64,000 nucleotides of DNA from Podospora anserina (GCA_017654855.1 CM030338.1:2294001-2358000); one strand, 5' to 3'. Positions 1 to 13,749 are shown, numbered from the stretch's first letter. Numbers and translations: made by a program. The notes: generated from the letters alone by a model not told the origin.

Positions 1-697
1 CGGTAAATTGGCCTCCGTCCTTGTCGGCGGGACCGTCGCCCTTGGCCGACTGCTGCTGTAACCTCTGCTCGATAATCTGCCTCTGGTGTTCCCTGACGCT
101 CATGCTGCGCTGCAGCTGCTCCTTCATGACTGGGTCCTGGGTTACGAAGCCGGGTGACAGGCAGGCCAGACCAACTTCCTGGATGCCCAGGCCGTCTCTG
201 GCAGTCAGGGGCCGTCCTGTGGCGGGTGAGACAATGTTTGTCGTGTTCTTGGAGAGATCGAGCTTCCTCGGCCGGTGACGGGCTGTGGGCAAATCGGGCG
301 ATCCAGGCTCCTTCTTGACGATGATTTTGGGGCCTTCTCTGCTTCGAGATCTGTGCGTGGTGCGACGGGACGGATTAGTAACGTTGCCCCAAATGAAACA
401 ACAGACCCAGGGCTGATGGGCGCAGCGCAGCAGCTGGAAAGGGGGTTTGGAGAGCAAAACTTACGCGCTGGGTGGAGAGGACTTGTGAGCGGTGGGAGCG
501 GCACCTACACCCTTTGGGCTGCCGCTACCAGTGCGTGCTGGCGCTGGCGCTGGCGCGTTCGGGTTTGCGGACATGGGTGGAGGAGGAGGAATCGACTGTG
601 TTGGCCTCTGGGCGCTGGGAGATGTGGTGATGTCGTTGCCAAAAGAAGGCCTGTCGTGAGGAGCCGGTGAAGGGGCCATTGCGACTGCGGTGCTCAT
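1..697 (-). CDS. 5' part of a conserved fungal protein, truncated by the window edge; exons 697-465 and 350-<1; possibly a Ste12/MAPK-interacting (Dig1-like) regulator
   Basis: ATG at 697, GTAAGT donor at 464 and CAG acceptor at 351 join in frame: MSTAVAMAPS...SRSREGPKIIVKKEPGSPDLPTARHRPRKLDLSK...IQEVGLACLSPGFVTQDPVMKEQLQRSMSVREHQRQIIEQRL. RPRKLDL resembles a MAPK docking motif. The function is tentative. Confidence 0.7.
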
Positions 698-1594
698 GAT
701 GAGTTGTGTAGCGGTGGCGCGTTGCAGGCAATTCGAGGACTTGGAAGCGGGTTTGGAAAAACCGATCACTCAGATTTCCCCGAAAATTGGGGGGCAGGAC
801 CTAACGGGGGTGTGAGAGGGCGATCCGAATCGAGAGTGTGTGTGGATGGATGAATGGGTTGAAGCGAGGAAGTGCGGCGGGAAAGAGGCGTCGAGTCTGG
901 TAGTCGAGTCGAGTCGAGACCACGAATTGGATACTCGGTACTCTGTCTCCTTTTTCTTGGATTAATTGTGTGTCGGCCAGAAGAAAACCGGGCGCTTCTT
1001 TCTCCCTCTCCGACTGCGTTGCGCTGTGCTTGTGCTGTGCTGTGCAATGTGTGCTGTGCTGTGCTGGTAGGTGCTGTGCGTCGGCGTGTTGCTGCAACCA
1101 AATGCTGCAGTTGCTGCACCTTCCTTTTTTTGGCAATGCACGTCGTAAAAGGGAAAGACGACACCACCACCCAAGACTTTTTGACGGGCGCTTGCGCTGG
1201 ATTGGACCTTTGCTGGGATTCGTTGGATTGCTTCGGCCCGGACGTAGATAGTCGTTCCTGTTCTTCTCTAATTCCAATTCCAATTCCAACTATTCCACCT
1301 GCTTAATCTCTTCCTTCGTCCCGTCTTCCTTGTTCCTTTGGGGGAGTCGGCCGATATATAGATGACCAACAAGACTAAATTATTGCGCCGCAGAGAAGCG
1401 GGCACGGGGGATTCGGTGGTGCTGTGTTGGATGACGGAGTGACCGGGGATGGTTTGGATGGTATTACACCTACACGCCACAACTGAGGAGGCCAAGAGTG
1501 CGGTAGCAAGAGTATGAAAAACAAGAAAAAAAACAGAAAAAAGACTCGAGCAAAACAAAGTGCGATCGAGGGTTATTTTGTTCCGGAGACGAGA

Positions 1595-1616
1595 AGAGAG
1601 AGAGAGAGAGAGAGAG
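1595..1616. repeat. (AG)11 microsatellite
   Basis: Read directly from the sequence. Confidence 0.9.
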
Positions 1617-4600
1617 GAGAGGGAATGTGTGTGAAATAATAATAAGGGGGAGGGGTACTGTTTCTAGTTTCTGGCGCGGGGGAAGGGGGGAGGGATGATG
1701 ATGGGATGGAAAAAGGATGAGGGGCTGTCTGTGAGACGGCGGCGGGATTCTTTTTAGGGGAACACAACTCGCATGGCCGGAGCTACACTACGCAGGTAAA
1801 AGGGCCAGTTCTGCCAGTCGTATAAGCGTGAACCGGGGGGCCTCTGGTATTAAAGGAGACGACGCAGACACGGTGATGCAAGTTGTGTGTGAGGTCTGTG
1901 GCTACTCCCTTGGTCACAGGTGGTCAGCCAGAGCGAGCTCTGATGGACGATGACCGTCAGTGGCTCTAGTGTTTGAGATTCGACGTCGTGGAGCACCAAG
2001 TGGAGGCCCTTGTTGGCGAGGGGCGGGGCTTGGTCTGAATCTGATCGACTGGGAAGTGCCCCCGAAAAACTAGCCCTGTCCCGTATCAAAAAAGACCTGC
2101 TGAAGAGAGAGGTCAAAAAGTTAAAGGCCCGTCTGGAGTTTCCCTATCTTCTACGTTTGACTCATGTGTTCACTCTCCCGTGGGCCCGCAATAAGTCCCT
2201 CGGACAGTACGAGTTTTTTTTTTTCTTCATTAAAAGCTCTGAGGTTGTTTTGGATTGAAAGTGGAGGCACTCGTTATTGGCAGAAACACGGAGTCCACTG
2301 TTTCCTTTTTGGACCCCTGTCAGACTTCCCAGCAGCCATGACAGTGTCGCCTGAAACTCGTCTGTGCTGCAAGGAGGGGCGCAGCTTTATCAACCGAGAG
2401 CAACGTCCTCCCGTCTTTTTTCCCCGTAGCGCTGCATCTCTAGGCCCTGTAGGTGTGGTCCATGATCATCAACAAACACGATAGAAATAGCTTCAAAAGA
2501 TCGCCTCTCTGCTCATCAGGATCCCTCATGTTGCGGCAGCCTAGTAGAGGACAAACTGCCTCATGACTTTGGGCTTTGATTGGGTCTCACGCCTCTTCCC
2601 AATCAAGGACTCTCTGAAGACTTTTTTTTTTCAAACCAACTGAGACAAGGTCCAGATGGAGGGGACCTCTACAGAGTATGTGAGAGTGTGATATCGTGGG
2701 CTATAGTGAGGTATACTAGCGTAATCTTTTTCCCGCTCCGGGAACCATAGAAAGGATGACTTCGGATCTCTCCCACATGGCTGCTGCGCGGAACAAAGGC
2801 CACCGACTGATGGTGGGATGTCAGTTCAGAGGCGGCCAGATATCCGGAAGAGCCCATCGCCTGCTTCAGAGATATTGGACCGGGTGATGCTTATAAAAGA
2901 TGCAACTATACAAAGTTAGCGTGAGAATACGAGAGGTTGGAAAAGAGGGATGAGACCGCATTCGTTTCCTTGGTGCTTGAGACTCTTCTAAATCAGGTCA
3001 GCACATCACACATTCCGGACACCATCACAAACCAGATGTTGGGTCTGGCTGGGTATTTGTGTGGCGGCTGCAACAGCAGCAGCAAGACGGTGGTCTATTG
3101 AACCTCACCAGCGCTCCACCCAGGCTGCGACATCTGCGTTCTGGTGGGGAGACCCCTGAAGTTGGTGAAGCCTTGTGGGTGGGTTGTGTGGGTTTTTTCG
3201 TCCATGATCGTCCACACTGTGTTGTGCACGGTACGAGACAACTGTGCCGCCAACACCATATCTCCTTCAAAGCCTCGATGAGATTTCCTTAAAGTCGCCT
3301 CCGCGACATCCCGCTCTCCCGCTGCGAGCTGCCATCTGCCGTTCGTGTTTGCTGCCCTTGTCTTCCTTTGGGGAGAAATTGTACCTCGACGGGATTTCTG
3401 TGCGACTGCTGCCGTCGAAAGCCTGTCTGTGAGAATTATCTAGTCTGTGCTCGCCAAGGCTGTACCGCACAGACAAGCGGGGGATAAATGACAGGACTCG
3501 GACCTCGATCATAAAATCGACTTTTGACAGGCTCTTTTGGCGTTGATAGTGGAAGCCGACGGGGCTGTCTGTCCCAAATCCATAGGCCACCGCTGGTCGA
3601 AGTTGTACTCCGTACACAAGATGTTTCTCCTCTTGTCCAACACCTTGACCAATCAACAGCCTTGCCGAATATGGCGGTTGGCTCTCCTGAGACAAACACC
3701 ATAAACTCGGAGGATTGGGCGGTGGTGAGAAAGACTGTGAACTGTCCACACGAAGCTGGTGAAAAAAGCCTCAACCTCGCTGTGGCGACGTTTTTCTTCT
3801 CTTGTTGTTCTCGTCTATCGTTTGGTCTTGGATGAGCTGCATGCGATAGCCGTGTTTCATCTATGTGCCGGCCGCATGAGACGGTGCTAACCCCGGCATC
3901 CTAGGATCGTCTGTTCCGACCTTCTCGGCTGGCCCAACATCCTGATGACCCGATCCGACCCGGTCCAGGGGACACTGTCGACGAGGGAAAAGAAAACACA
4001 ACAGCGTCACATGGGGGTGGTTCACCAACACCCCCTTGAACAGCTGTTTTCTGCCTGCCTCATACGAATGACGTCTGAAGAACCGAACACTATAAACCCT
4101 TCCAATAAACCGTTCAGCTTGTCCCACACAGAGAGACTCGCCGAGATGCAGACACGAGTAGGTCACAGCAGGCCCTCGCTCGTCAGGAGATCATGCTGCT
4201 ATCCGAGCCTCTCGGCAACGATGCCATCTTCTGTGTCTTTTCTTTCGAGCCCAACAACCTGTGAGGTGTCGAGTCGAGCGCCTCCTGCCTTTCCACTGCA
4301 ACCTTACCGCCCGCATTCTGGAATACCTGGATGCAAAGAACCTCGGGAGGGTGGCATGCGTGAAGAGCCCCCCCTTTGCTAACGCGATCCTCACTCCGAG
4401 CGCCCAATGAGGAGGGCATAAAGGTATACCGTTGGAATGGGTCGTCTTCCTGTTGGTTCGGGGCAGCCGCTGTCAAGCTAGAGGTGGCGTATCCCTTTCT
4501 AACCCTTCGTAAGTCCAAGTGCTATGGCCGAGTCGAATGATACAATGAATCCGCGAAAAAGGTTAAAGACTGGGTCATATGCACAGAATTTTGAGGTGTG

Positions 4601-5048
4601 ATTGTCCGCCACTGTGAAGTGGCTTTTTGATCGCCTTGCTCATGAACATTTTGTTAAAAATTCCTCCGAGATTTCTGCCGTTGAAAATGCGAAATGAAAG
4701 TTGAAGTAATAGTTAAGTACGGGAAAGAACAATTGTGAGAACTTTTCAAGACCGAAAGGCTGTAATCCAACAAAACAAGGCTGAGCATCACAATGAGTGT
4801 CGTTGGATTTGAGTGTGGTGGGGAGAAGTGAATTCCAAGTTTGGCGGGGGACGGGTGGCGGGGACGCCTTTTCCTGCCCCTGTCACAAGCTCTCTCCAAA
4901 AATTTCCAGCGCCCAATAAAATTTTCCGAATCCGAATATCAAGAACTCACTTTCATATTGACGACGGAACCTTCCACCTCAGCCTTGTACAATACAGAGA
5001 ATTCGAATAAGCCAAATCTAAAGAGGCAAATCGACATCATAACTCAAA

Positions 5049-5694
5049 ATGGCTGCTAGACCTGACTCGGAGGACATCGCCATGGACGATGCGCCCACTT
5101 CTCACCAGCCTGAGGTTAAGGATGATACTATGGTCGATGATGCGGGCGAGGACGTAGAGGAGGAGGAGGATTATGAGGAGGAGGAGGAGGAGGAGGAGGA
5201 GGAGGAGGTTCAGAGGGTGAAACTGGTATGTCGAGTTCTCAAGTTTTGCTCAAAACTTTTAAAACTAATAAGTTTCAATCATAGCTTCCTGGGTCAACGG
5301 AAACTGCTGCCTCGTTCGAGTTTTCCAATGAGGGTCACACACTCGGCAATGCTCTCAGATATGTCATCATGAGAAAGTGAGTTGAGCTCCTAAGCTGGAC
5401 TTTATGAAATTCTACTAACACAAACTGTAGTCCCGAGGTTGAATTCTGTGCTTATGCCATCCCTCATCCATCAGAAGCTAAGATGAACGTCAGAATCCAA
5501 ACTTTCGGTTAGTTTTATCACGTTTTGCATTTCTTTCCAGAATTAGGATGCTGATACCACCATCAGAAGGAACGACCGCAATCGAAGCTCTTGAGAAGGG
5601 CCTCCGGGACATTCAGGAGCTCTGCGACGTCGTCACTGACAAGTTTGTGGCGGCGGCAGACGACTTTGAGAAGAAGAAGGCCGCTACTGCATAG
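5049..5694 (+). CDS. RPC19: RNA polymerase I/III shared subunit AC19; exons 5049-5225, 5285-5376, 5431-5507, 5567-5694
   Basis: The spliced product has an acidic N-terminus, then [47 protein letters not shown] (RBP11/RPC19 motif). Introns are canonical GT-AG. Confidence 0.92.
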
Positions 5695-5891
5695 CTTCAT
5701 TCTGCTTGATTTTCTGTACCAAGGATAAACTAGGCTACTGGCGTTTTAGGCGTGCTCTGGGCTGGGACATGCATAGGTAGAGGGGACACTTTATCATGGG
5801 CGGATGTGCAAAAACAGCTGCTTTGTTTTTAAGGAATTGCGGCATTGCTCTTTATATACATCAAAAACAGAGGGTGTGATAGGCACCCATT

Positions 5892-6545
5892 CTAGTTGCG
5901 GCCCTGTATACAACTGTGAGCATGAGTGGAAGTATCTGTGTGAGAGTATAATAAAGCTTACCTCCAGGAAACCGGAAACAAAGTTTGAGGGCAGGATCTT
6001 CTCGCCTCTGAAGTTCTCCTCCTTGAAGTAGTTCATCAAGTGTGTGGTTTGACGCCAGAAGTTCATGGTTTCCTGCAAGACCAAATGTCAGCTGTAGTCC
6101 CCCCATACCACAGCCCCTCCCACTTCCACCCTTCACCCAAAAGTCCCATGTATTGTTCCGCTTACTTGGTAGTCGGCATTGTTCTGCAAAAGGAGCATAT
6201 CGACAACGGGGAGCTTGTTGACGAATCTGTGTCGCTCGAACTCCTGTCTGATGCGGGTGCGGATGGCGGAGACGGGTTGGGGGATCGAGTACATGGTCTG
6301 GATCTCAGGCGCCTGGAGAAGTCCACCACAGTCAGCAATTGCCCCTTGCTCTACAACAACATCCCTCTGCCTTGGACGTACCGCCCGAATCCATGCCCGA
6401 TAGGCTGTAAGCACTCTGCTTCTCGCGTCGGCCCAATTGGCCGCTGTTCCGTTTGTCAGTCCGCTGTTTTTTCTCGAACGATCTTGAAAGTAGAAGACTT
6501 ACATTGCCGCGTGGTAACAGCGAATTGGGTAGGTGAGATGGCCAT
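5892..6545 (-). CDS. NDUFA6: NADH:ubiquinone oxidoreductase 14.8 kDa LYR-family subunit (NDUFA6/B14), multi-exon
   Basis: Spliced product [76 protein letters not shown]...[42 protein letters not shown], with an LYR-type motif (AYR). Confidence 0.92.
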
Positions 6546-6924
6546 GGCGCCCGAGTTCGTCGTTGTTTGTTACGGTTCTGAATCGGGGGTTTTCTTGACG
6601 TTGCTGCTCTCCCACCTTGGATTGGCGGCAGCGCTCGCTCGCTGCGGAAGCTTTGACCACCTCGTTCGCTCACTTTAACGCCCTGCTGCTGAGAGAACCC
6701 CACTGCGTCAGAGGTGGCTTGCTTAGTCATTTACTATATCAAGCTGCCTTCTCGGCTTCGCGACTGACAACCTTCCAGCATTTCGCCCACCATCAACTAT
6801 TATACTCCTCAACCTAAACACCACGAATAAAACATCACCACTATTTTGCGATCTTCGATAGTTTCACACTATACAACACCCCCCCAAATCCAACCCTCAC
6901 ACCACCCCCCCCCCCTTCCAAAAA

Positions 6925-7374
6925 ATGCCCCCCATCCGCCCCTCCTCCAAACGCAAGCCCCCCCCCGACGGCTTCTCCGACATAGAAGAAGACCTCCTAA
7001 TCTTCTCCAACAAGATGAAAGACGCCCAAAACGCCCCCTCGGACAACATCCCCAAGCACCAAGCCCAATGGCCCATCTTCCAAATCTCTCACCAGCGCTC
7101 CCGCTACATCTACGAGCTCTACTACGAAAAGGAGGCGATATCCAAGCAGCTCTACGACTGGCTCCTCAAAAACGGCTACGCCGACGCGGCGCTCATCGCA
7201 AAGTGGAAGAAGCAGGGGTACGAGAAGCTGTGCTGCCTGAGGTGCATCCAGACAAAGGAGACAAATTTTAACTCTACCTGCGTGTGCAGGGTGCCGAGGG
7301 CGCAGATGAAGGGGGAGGATAGGGAGGTGCAGTGCGTTAGTTGTGGGTGTAGGGGTTGTGCTTCTACTGACTGA
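6925..7374 (+). CDS. BUD31: Splicing factor Bud31/G10/Cwf14
   Basis: Motifs WPIFQISHQRSRYIYELYY, LIAKWKKQGYEKLCCLRCIQ, CVCRVP and CVSCGCRGCAS. Confidence 0.97.
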   Translation: MPPIRPSSKRKPPPDGFSDIEEDLLIFSNKMKDAQNAPSDNIPKHQAQWPIFQISHQRSRYIYELYYEKEAISKQLYDWLLKNGYADAALIAKWKKQGYEKLCCLRCIQTKETNFNSTCVCRVPRAQMKGEDREVQCVSCGCRGCASTD

Positions 7375-7921
7375 AAGCGGGAAAAGGGATGGACGGGGGA
7401 GCGATGAAGGGGAAAAAAAAACAGGAGGAGGATATAAGTGGGAGAACGGAAAAGGCTAACAATGGAAGGAGATCAAAGCAGATCAAGCTGCGGATGGAGA
7501 CCAGAGATCAGGCCGACGCAACGATAGAAAGCATTCAGCGGGGAGGATATAGCGGTTTTCTAGAAACGGGGATACTAATAAGGTTCCTATCGCACACATA
7601 GCGACATCATTCTGGGCGTTTTTGGAAAGGGATTTGAGACTGTAAGGCACCCCCACATGTACAGTGCGTTTCGTTTTGATGCTAGGGTGTTGGAAGCTCA
7701 CATATCAGGCAGGAAACATCATAGCATCATAGAGGCGATCACTGGGTTGTTTAAATCATGAATATAATGAGAATCTCGATTAACTGTGTACAATATTCAT
7801 CTCTCTGCGAGTCTCTTGTTTATCATACTTGATCCCACTGGGTATGTGACGGTGTAACCTCCTCCAACCTGCCTTTGTGTTATTATGCTGAAACAGTGTC
7901 CAACTTGGAGTATAGTAAATA

Positions 7922-8931
7922 CTATCGTTTCGCGAAACCGGCCCTTTTGCCACGGCCAAATCGTACGCCTCTTGGCACGAACTGAAGAGCCGACATGGCA
8001 GTCGAGATGTCATCCATTTCCACATCAGGCTTGCGCTCAGAACTAGCAGGTTCAACTTGCATCTCGTTATCCTCGGGTTTGGCGGCTGCTGACACTGGCT
8101 TTTCTGTGTTGACAGGTGGCGTGCTGTCTTGGCTGTGCTGCTGTTGAGATTCTGAAGAGACAGGCGCAAGACTCGGCCTCCTGTTGCCGTTGCTGTCGGT
8201 TTTCTTATCACTGCCCTTCTTGTTCTCATCAAGCAGCAGCGACCGTCGCCCATCAATACCATACCGCGTGACCCCAAAGAAGAAGTTCTTCGGGTACATG
8301 TGCTTGGCGATGAGGTGCATCTGCCTCTTTTGTGGCGTCATACAGACTTTATCGCAGGTTTCTACGAAACAGGTGTACTACACGAGTGAAGTTGACGAAA
8401 CAAATGGTTAGACAGTTGACACAAACCTTGTATGAGAAGTGATCGGCTGAGATGAGGAGAATTGGGGTTAATGAATTGGGATATCTGGGTGTTTGGTAAG
8501 GGGTGAGCATGGGGACTTACTGTGCGCTCTCCCTTGTCTCGCTTGACTTGGCTGAAGGCATCGTGATTTTCACTGATGTGCAAGCTGAGGAGATGGGAAG
8601 AAGGAAAGTTTTTGCGGCATTCGAGGCAGCGGTTGGTGTGCTCGTTGCGGTAGTGAGATTCGTATTCTTGGTAGGATGAGAAGGTGATTGGTTCTTTGTG
8701 CGGTGGGAGGGAGCAGGGCATGGGATTGTTGGTCTTGGTGGTGGTGATGAGGGAAGGATCCAACTCGGTGATTTTGGCTGCTGGCACTTGGGTGGCTGTA
8801 GGATCTGGTTCGGAAGTAGCGGGGACTTTGGTTAGAGGTTCGGATCCGTTGCTGATGCTGAGGAGAACAGTAGTGAAGGCTGAGCCCGGATCTGCGGGTG
8901 CCTCGTCATACTCCCTTGCGCGTTTTCCCAT
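7922..8931 (-). CDS. C2H2 zinc-finger protein (ZNF511-like), two exons
   Basis: MGKRARE...CSLPPH...YESHYRNEHTNRCLECRKNFPSSHLLSLHISENHD, intron ~8520-8378, then YTCFVETCDKVCMTPQKRQMHLIAKHMYPKNFFF...MSALQFVPRGVRFGR. Confidence 0.85.
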
Positions 8932-9735
8932 TGTGTTTGATGCAGCCGACAATCTAGTTGGTTTGTACTGATGACTGTCAGGACTTCTTTGCAAGCAAGC
9001 CGTGTTGATTGATACCTAGATACTTTTATGGGAAAAAGCATCACGAATCCCTCGCCGAATGACGATGTCGATAAAGCTTAGGCTGGCACGGACCTTTTTA
9101 GGGTCCGAGCGGCGTGGAATGGGCGATTGGCAAGTGGATCCAACACAGCGCGCCTGGCTTATTACGTGTTGGTGATTGGCTGGCTATGTTTCTTGAAGCA
9201 ATGATCCGTTTCTTCTTGAGCGGCATGGGTGTTGTGCTTGTCAGCTTGTCCAACGTCAAATCACGAGTGGGCAGAGACGTTGGCGGGTCGTCTGTGAATC
9301 CCTTCGTTTTCTCGACTTTATTTTTTGCGTTTCACCTGCGCAACTCCGAAAATCTCAACAAACGTTTGAGGTTCCAAACTTGTTGCCCTTGCCTTCCCGC
9401 ACAAAACTAGACTGGCGCCACCGAGTGGCAGTCATCATATTCCGTCGTTTTTCCCCCATCTCCAATGTGCTCGTCACCTGCTGTCACTCTGCCAGCCGCA
9501 AGCCGCAGCACCCCTCCTCGCAGACCCGCCAGACAGAGCCAGACAAGTTATGGATCGGTCGCAGAGGTTCGGCTCTCCCAACACCACGCATGAGCATCGC
9601 CCTTGAGCGCGAGCTCTTTTACAAACCCGAAACCCGGCCTTTTCGCCGCAAACTTTTCCCACACCATACCCCGCGATAGAGCCATCGTTGCGACCATCCC
9701 AAGATCCCGACACCGCACAACAAACTCGCGCAACC

Positions 9736-12700
9736 ATGGCCACGCCGGCTGCTGCGATCACCGTGGGCACCACCACGGCCAAGATACCCGAGATTGATGA
9801 GGTCTGGAAGTAAGTCGCACAGCCGCCGGAGGAGACATGGGTTTGACTTTGGTGCGAGGGCCTTGGCTTGCTAACATGGAAAACTAGGGCTGCGCAGAAA
9901 CTCCGTGGTACGATTGTCAAGGAACTGGAGCAGGTACAGGGCAGAGAAGCTGCCAACGAGGTGGCTCGCTTCGAGAAAGTCGAGAAGTTGATGGAGCAGT
10001 GAGTCAAAAATTGACTTTTGTACTCGCTCCTGGCTAATTTCTTCAGTTATCGCCTTGCCTGTGTCGAGGTCATCTGGCCCGACTTCCGAGTTACCAAGGA
10101 GAAGCACGTCGAGGACACTCTTTGGCAAGTTCACACATTGATCACCAAGGCCTACCGAAAGGTGCTTGGTAGGTTGAACGGCAACGACAATGCCGTACTT
10201 CGACGTAGAGTTGAGCGGTTATACGCCGCCTACTTGAAGACTGCGCAGTCCTTCTACAAGGGTTGGCTGCAGAGAGTGTGCGCTCGGTACAACATCAAGG
10301 ATCTTCAACGCATAGCGCGCGTTATTGGCATCGAGATGTCTGTCCCAAAGGCCCACACGGTTGACGCTGCTGCTCATAGACTGGATGAGATTGTCAGGGA
10401 CTCGTGCCACAAGACGCTCATCTACCTGGGAGACCTTGCTCGATATCGCACTCTTCTTCGCAACAAGGACCGCAACTGGGATAATGCGCTGTCGTACTAC
10501 TTTCTCGCGAACGACCTGGCCCCAGAGTCAGGCTATGGCCACCACCAGTGCGGCGTCATTTACGCCGAGGTTGACGATCACTTGCACATCGTTTATCACA
10601 TGTACCGCGCAATGGTCTGTGACAAGCCGCATCCAAATGCTGCGCCGAACCTTGAGCGAGAGTTCCGCGACATCCAGAAGAAGAGAGGCGGGGATGCCAG
10701 ACAGGTCTTCATCACTTGGTTTCTGAAGCTTCAGGCCTTCTACTACCAGGGCAGAGAATTCTCTGAGCGTAAGGAACTCGAGAATGAAGTTGACCATCGT
10801 CTGGCCGTCGCCATGAAATCAGGCACACTTTTCAAATCGGACCAAGATTTGCTCAAAATCATTCTGATCAACATCACAAGCTATGCCGCTTGCGCACAAA
10901 AGGTTCAGGGTAAGATTGTTACTTATACCCCCCAAAGAGGACACAACTAACTGTAATAGACAAATGGACTGAGGAGAGATCTCGCTCATGCCAATATCTG
11001 CTCCTTCTCAACATTCGCACTATCCACACCATCTCAAAGCTGCTCCGAGACGAGCTTAACGAGCTGGTCAAACGTCAACCAGTGGAGACCACTCCAGCGC
11101 AAGAACAGGGCAAGTTCACGCCCGTCTTCGCCCGCGTCTTGCCTTTCCTGCGCGTGTACATGGCTTGGCTATGCTTCTACAGCACTGAGCTGAAGCAGTA
11201 CCAGGAGCACTTGGAGCCTCAATTTGGCGACATGTGCAAGATGCTCAGCATGGCCCTGGGTCTCCTCCTGGAGTTCGTAGCAACCGCTCAAGAGCCTGGA
11301 AAGATTGTTCCGTGGCGTTTTGCCGAAGACGAGCTCACACTCGGTGTGAACTGCCTCAACGGCCCAGAGTTGAAGGGTTGCCAGCTCTATTGCGACCCGT
11401 TTAGCAAGCAACCCAAGCCGCGACGGGATGAGTCCCCTGAGGATGAGTACTCAAACGACGACATTACTTGGAGCAGGATGCTGCACGTTGCGCTCTGTGC
11501 TTTCGAGTTGGCGACTCCGGGATCCCCGTTTCCGCTCGTCACTGCTACGGCCTCTTCCAAGGACGCGGAGGGATATGCGACCGTCGTGTACCACGAAGGC
11601 CCCAAACACTTACCGCCAAGCGTCCAGAGCCCGCAACCGGCCTCTTCTGCTCCTACAACCACCGCAGCCCCTGCGCCTCCTGCAGCCGTTGCCACGCCGG
11701 CTCATGTACCTGCGGAAGTAGTAGCAGTCCCAAGCCCGTCAGACTCTGTTGAACTCTCGGAAGACCAAGAGTTCTATGGAGAGCGATTGCGCCGCGCCAG
11801 TGTCATTGCCAAGCACTCTACAAGCAAGAGAAACGCTCAGCCCGCAGCGCAAAGCGAGAGTACCTCTCACTCCGCTGAGGCCATCCGGGCCAGCCAGCCA
11901 GCGCAGAACTCAGACTTCCTTCCTATTGAGAATCAGATCTTCAACATCCTTAATGATTTCCTTAGCCCGCCGGAGACTCGCTCTGCCCAGAAGCCCGAAA
12001 CGCCAACTCGACTGGTCCCCGAGGACAGCACCTCCTACGGTATGGGTTCCTCCACGGCCAATGAGGTCTTCGGTGCTGCTTCATCGAGCCCTGGTCCAAA
12101 CCCAGGTTCTGCCACGGGCAAGACCTTTCCCACGTTGCCATGGTCTTACTTTTTGGACTCGGGGGCTGGTGGGCCAGCTCAGAAGAATGGTGGAAGTAGT
12201 GCAGGATCGAATGGCTGGGACACCGCCATGTCTTCAAGACCGGCCAGCCAAGGCAGTCCAGCCCATCTTGCCGGCAGCCACGGTTTTAACAATCCACTGG
12301 CGCACCATCAACACCGCTCTTCTGCTTCAGGCTCGTTCTCCAGGGACCGTGTAAACCAGCTTCAAGGCTATAGCCGTGACCCCTGGCAGCAAACTGGAAA
12401 CAGCATGGCTTCCCAGGGTAGGACTGCTTCGAATCCTCTTTCACAGCAGAGCATTTGGGGTCCGTCTAGCTCGCCCTTCTCTGGATCGCACAACTTCTCT
12501 GCCAACCCGTCCAGCCTCCCTTCAGTCAACAGCGCTATGGGCTTGCCAATGAGAACTTCTGGACTTGGTTACCAGCAAAGCAACACGGCAGCTCGCTCAC
12601 CTCTCTCCGGCAACCCTCTCCGTGCCTATTCAAATGGTGCGGACGGCGGCCATATCAACCCGCCTCCTGGGTTTGGTGGCAATGCTGTTGCGGCTCTGGC

Positions 12701-12989
12701 AGACTCGGTTTATACCACCTCTCCCGGCGCGCATGGCCATGGTCATCAGACTTATGGGTACCAGGACGCCATCACCGCCCAGCAGCAGCAGATGCTGGCG
12801 ATGATGAGAGGCAATGTCAACGCTGAGAACAACTGGAACGGGTTCAACACGGCTTCCAAGCCCTCGCAGACTCTGCCGCCGGGGCTTCAGAACCAGATGT
12901 ATGGTGGTGCGTTTGCTTCGCAGCTGGGTAACCAGCAGCAGCAGCAGCAGCAGGCTATGCGCAAGGCGGAAAACCTTCCTAAGCGCTGA
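9736..12989 (+). CDS. Est1/Ebs1/SMG7-like protein (14-3-3-like/TPR Est1 domain plus low-complexity C-terminus); NMD/telomerase family
   Basis: Motifs CHKTLIYLGDLARYR, ALSYYFLANDLAPESGYGHHQ and VYHMYRA...PHPNAAPNL. Three GT-AG introns near 9810, 9999 and 10909. Confidence 0.85.
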
Positions 12990-13749
12990 GAGATGATGTG
13001 CAATGGATTCGACTCACATTTTTTGTACGGCTGTTTGTCAACCAACCAGGCCACCCTCTTGTCCTTGTTAGGAGGACTATCCGGGCATCCTTCAACGAGC
13101 GGGGCATACCTTTGCCAGCCAGTTTGGAATCCGAATCGACTTGTTCGTCTTCGAGTTCTTCGGCCACAACAAGCGATTGGCCGCGATGATCTCAACTTTG
13201 CATACATCCTTGCCTTGGTCAACCTCGTAGAACTTGAGAAGCCCTATCGCCACCGCCGCCACCGACCACAACCATTTTGTCACGGCATCACAGCGATCAG
13301 GAAAGGGGATTTGACAGATTGTTCAACATGGCAGGTTGACGCCATGCTATTCGCCACAATATATTTATTGGCCTTTGCCTTTTGGCCCTGTGGTCTTCAC
13401 CCCTGACCTGGAACGGTCTACCTATTCTACCAAATCTACCCACCCCCCGAAACCTTTCTCATAATGCTCAATATGATGATGCCTGGAGGGAGACAAGGGA
13501 AAAAGTTGATTTTCTCCCAAACGCATGACAGGAAAAAAAAGAGAAGAAAATGCCAAAAAAAAACTAAAACTAAAAAAAAACACACATTTCGCTCACACAC
13601 ACACAACACACAGCAACCCGATTTGCCTCCCGTTGTTGAAACCCAGATAGACTGACTCCTCTACCTTTTTTTACACTTTTCCCGATGCGATTTGACCCCT
13701 CCAACGCCCTACAAGAAAAAGCAAAGGAAAAGAAGAAAAAAGAGTTCAT

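Noticed and set aside
872-4400. Numerous 60-160 aa ORFs upstream of the first gene
   Set aside because: Low-complexity UTR/promoter sequence with simple repeats; no codon bias or known motifs.
5692-5709. Other TAG-terminated genes (RPC19, NDUFA6, C2H2 protein, PHA2, PEX3) as stop-loss editing candidates
   Set aside because: The next in-frame stop comes within about 0-21 codons, so there is no extension signal.
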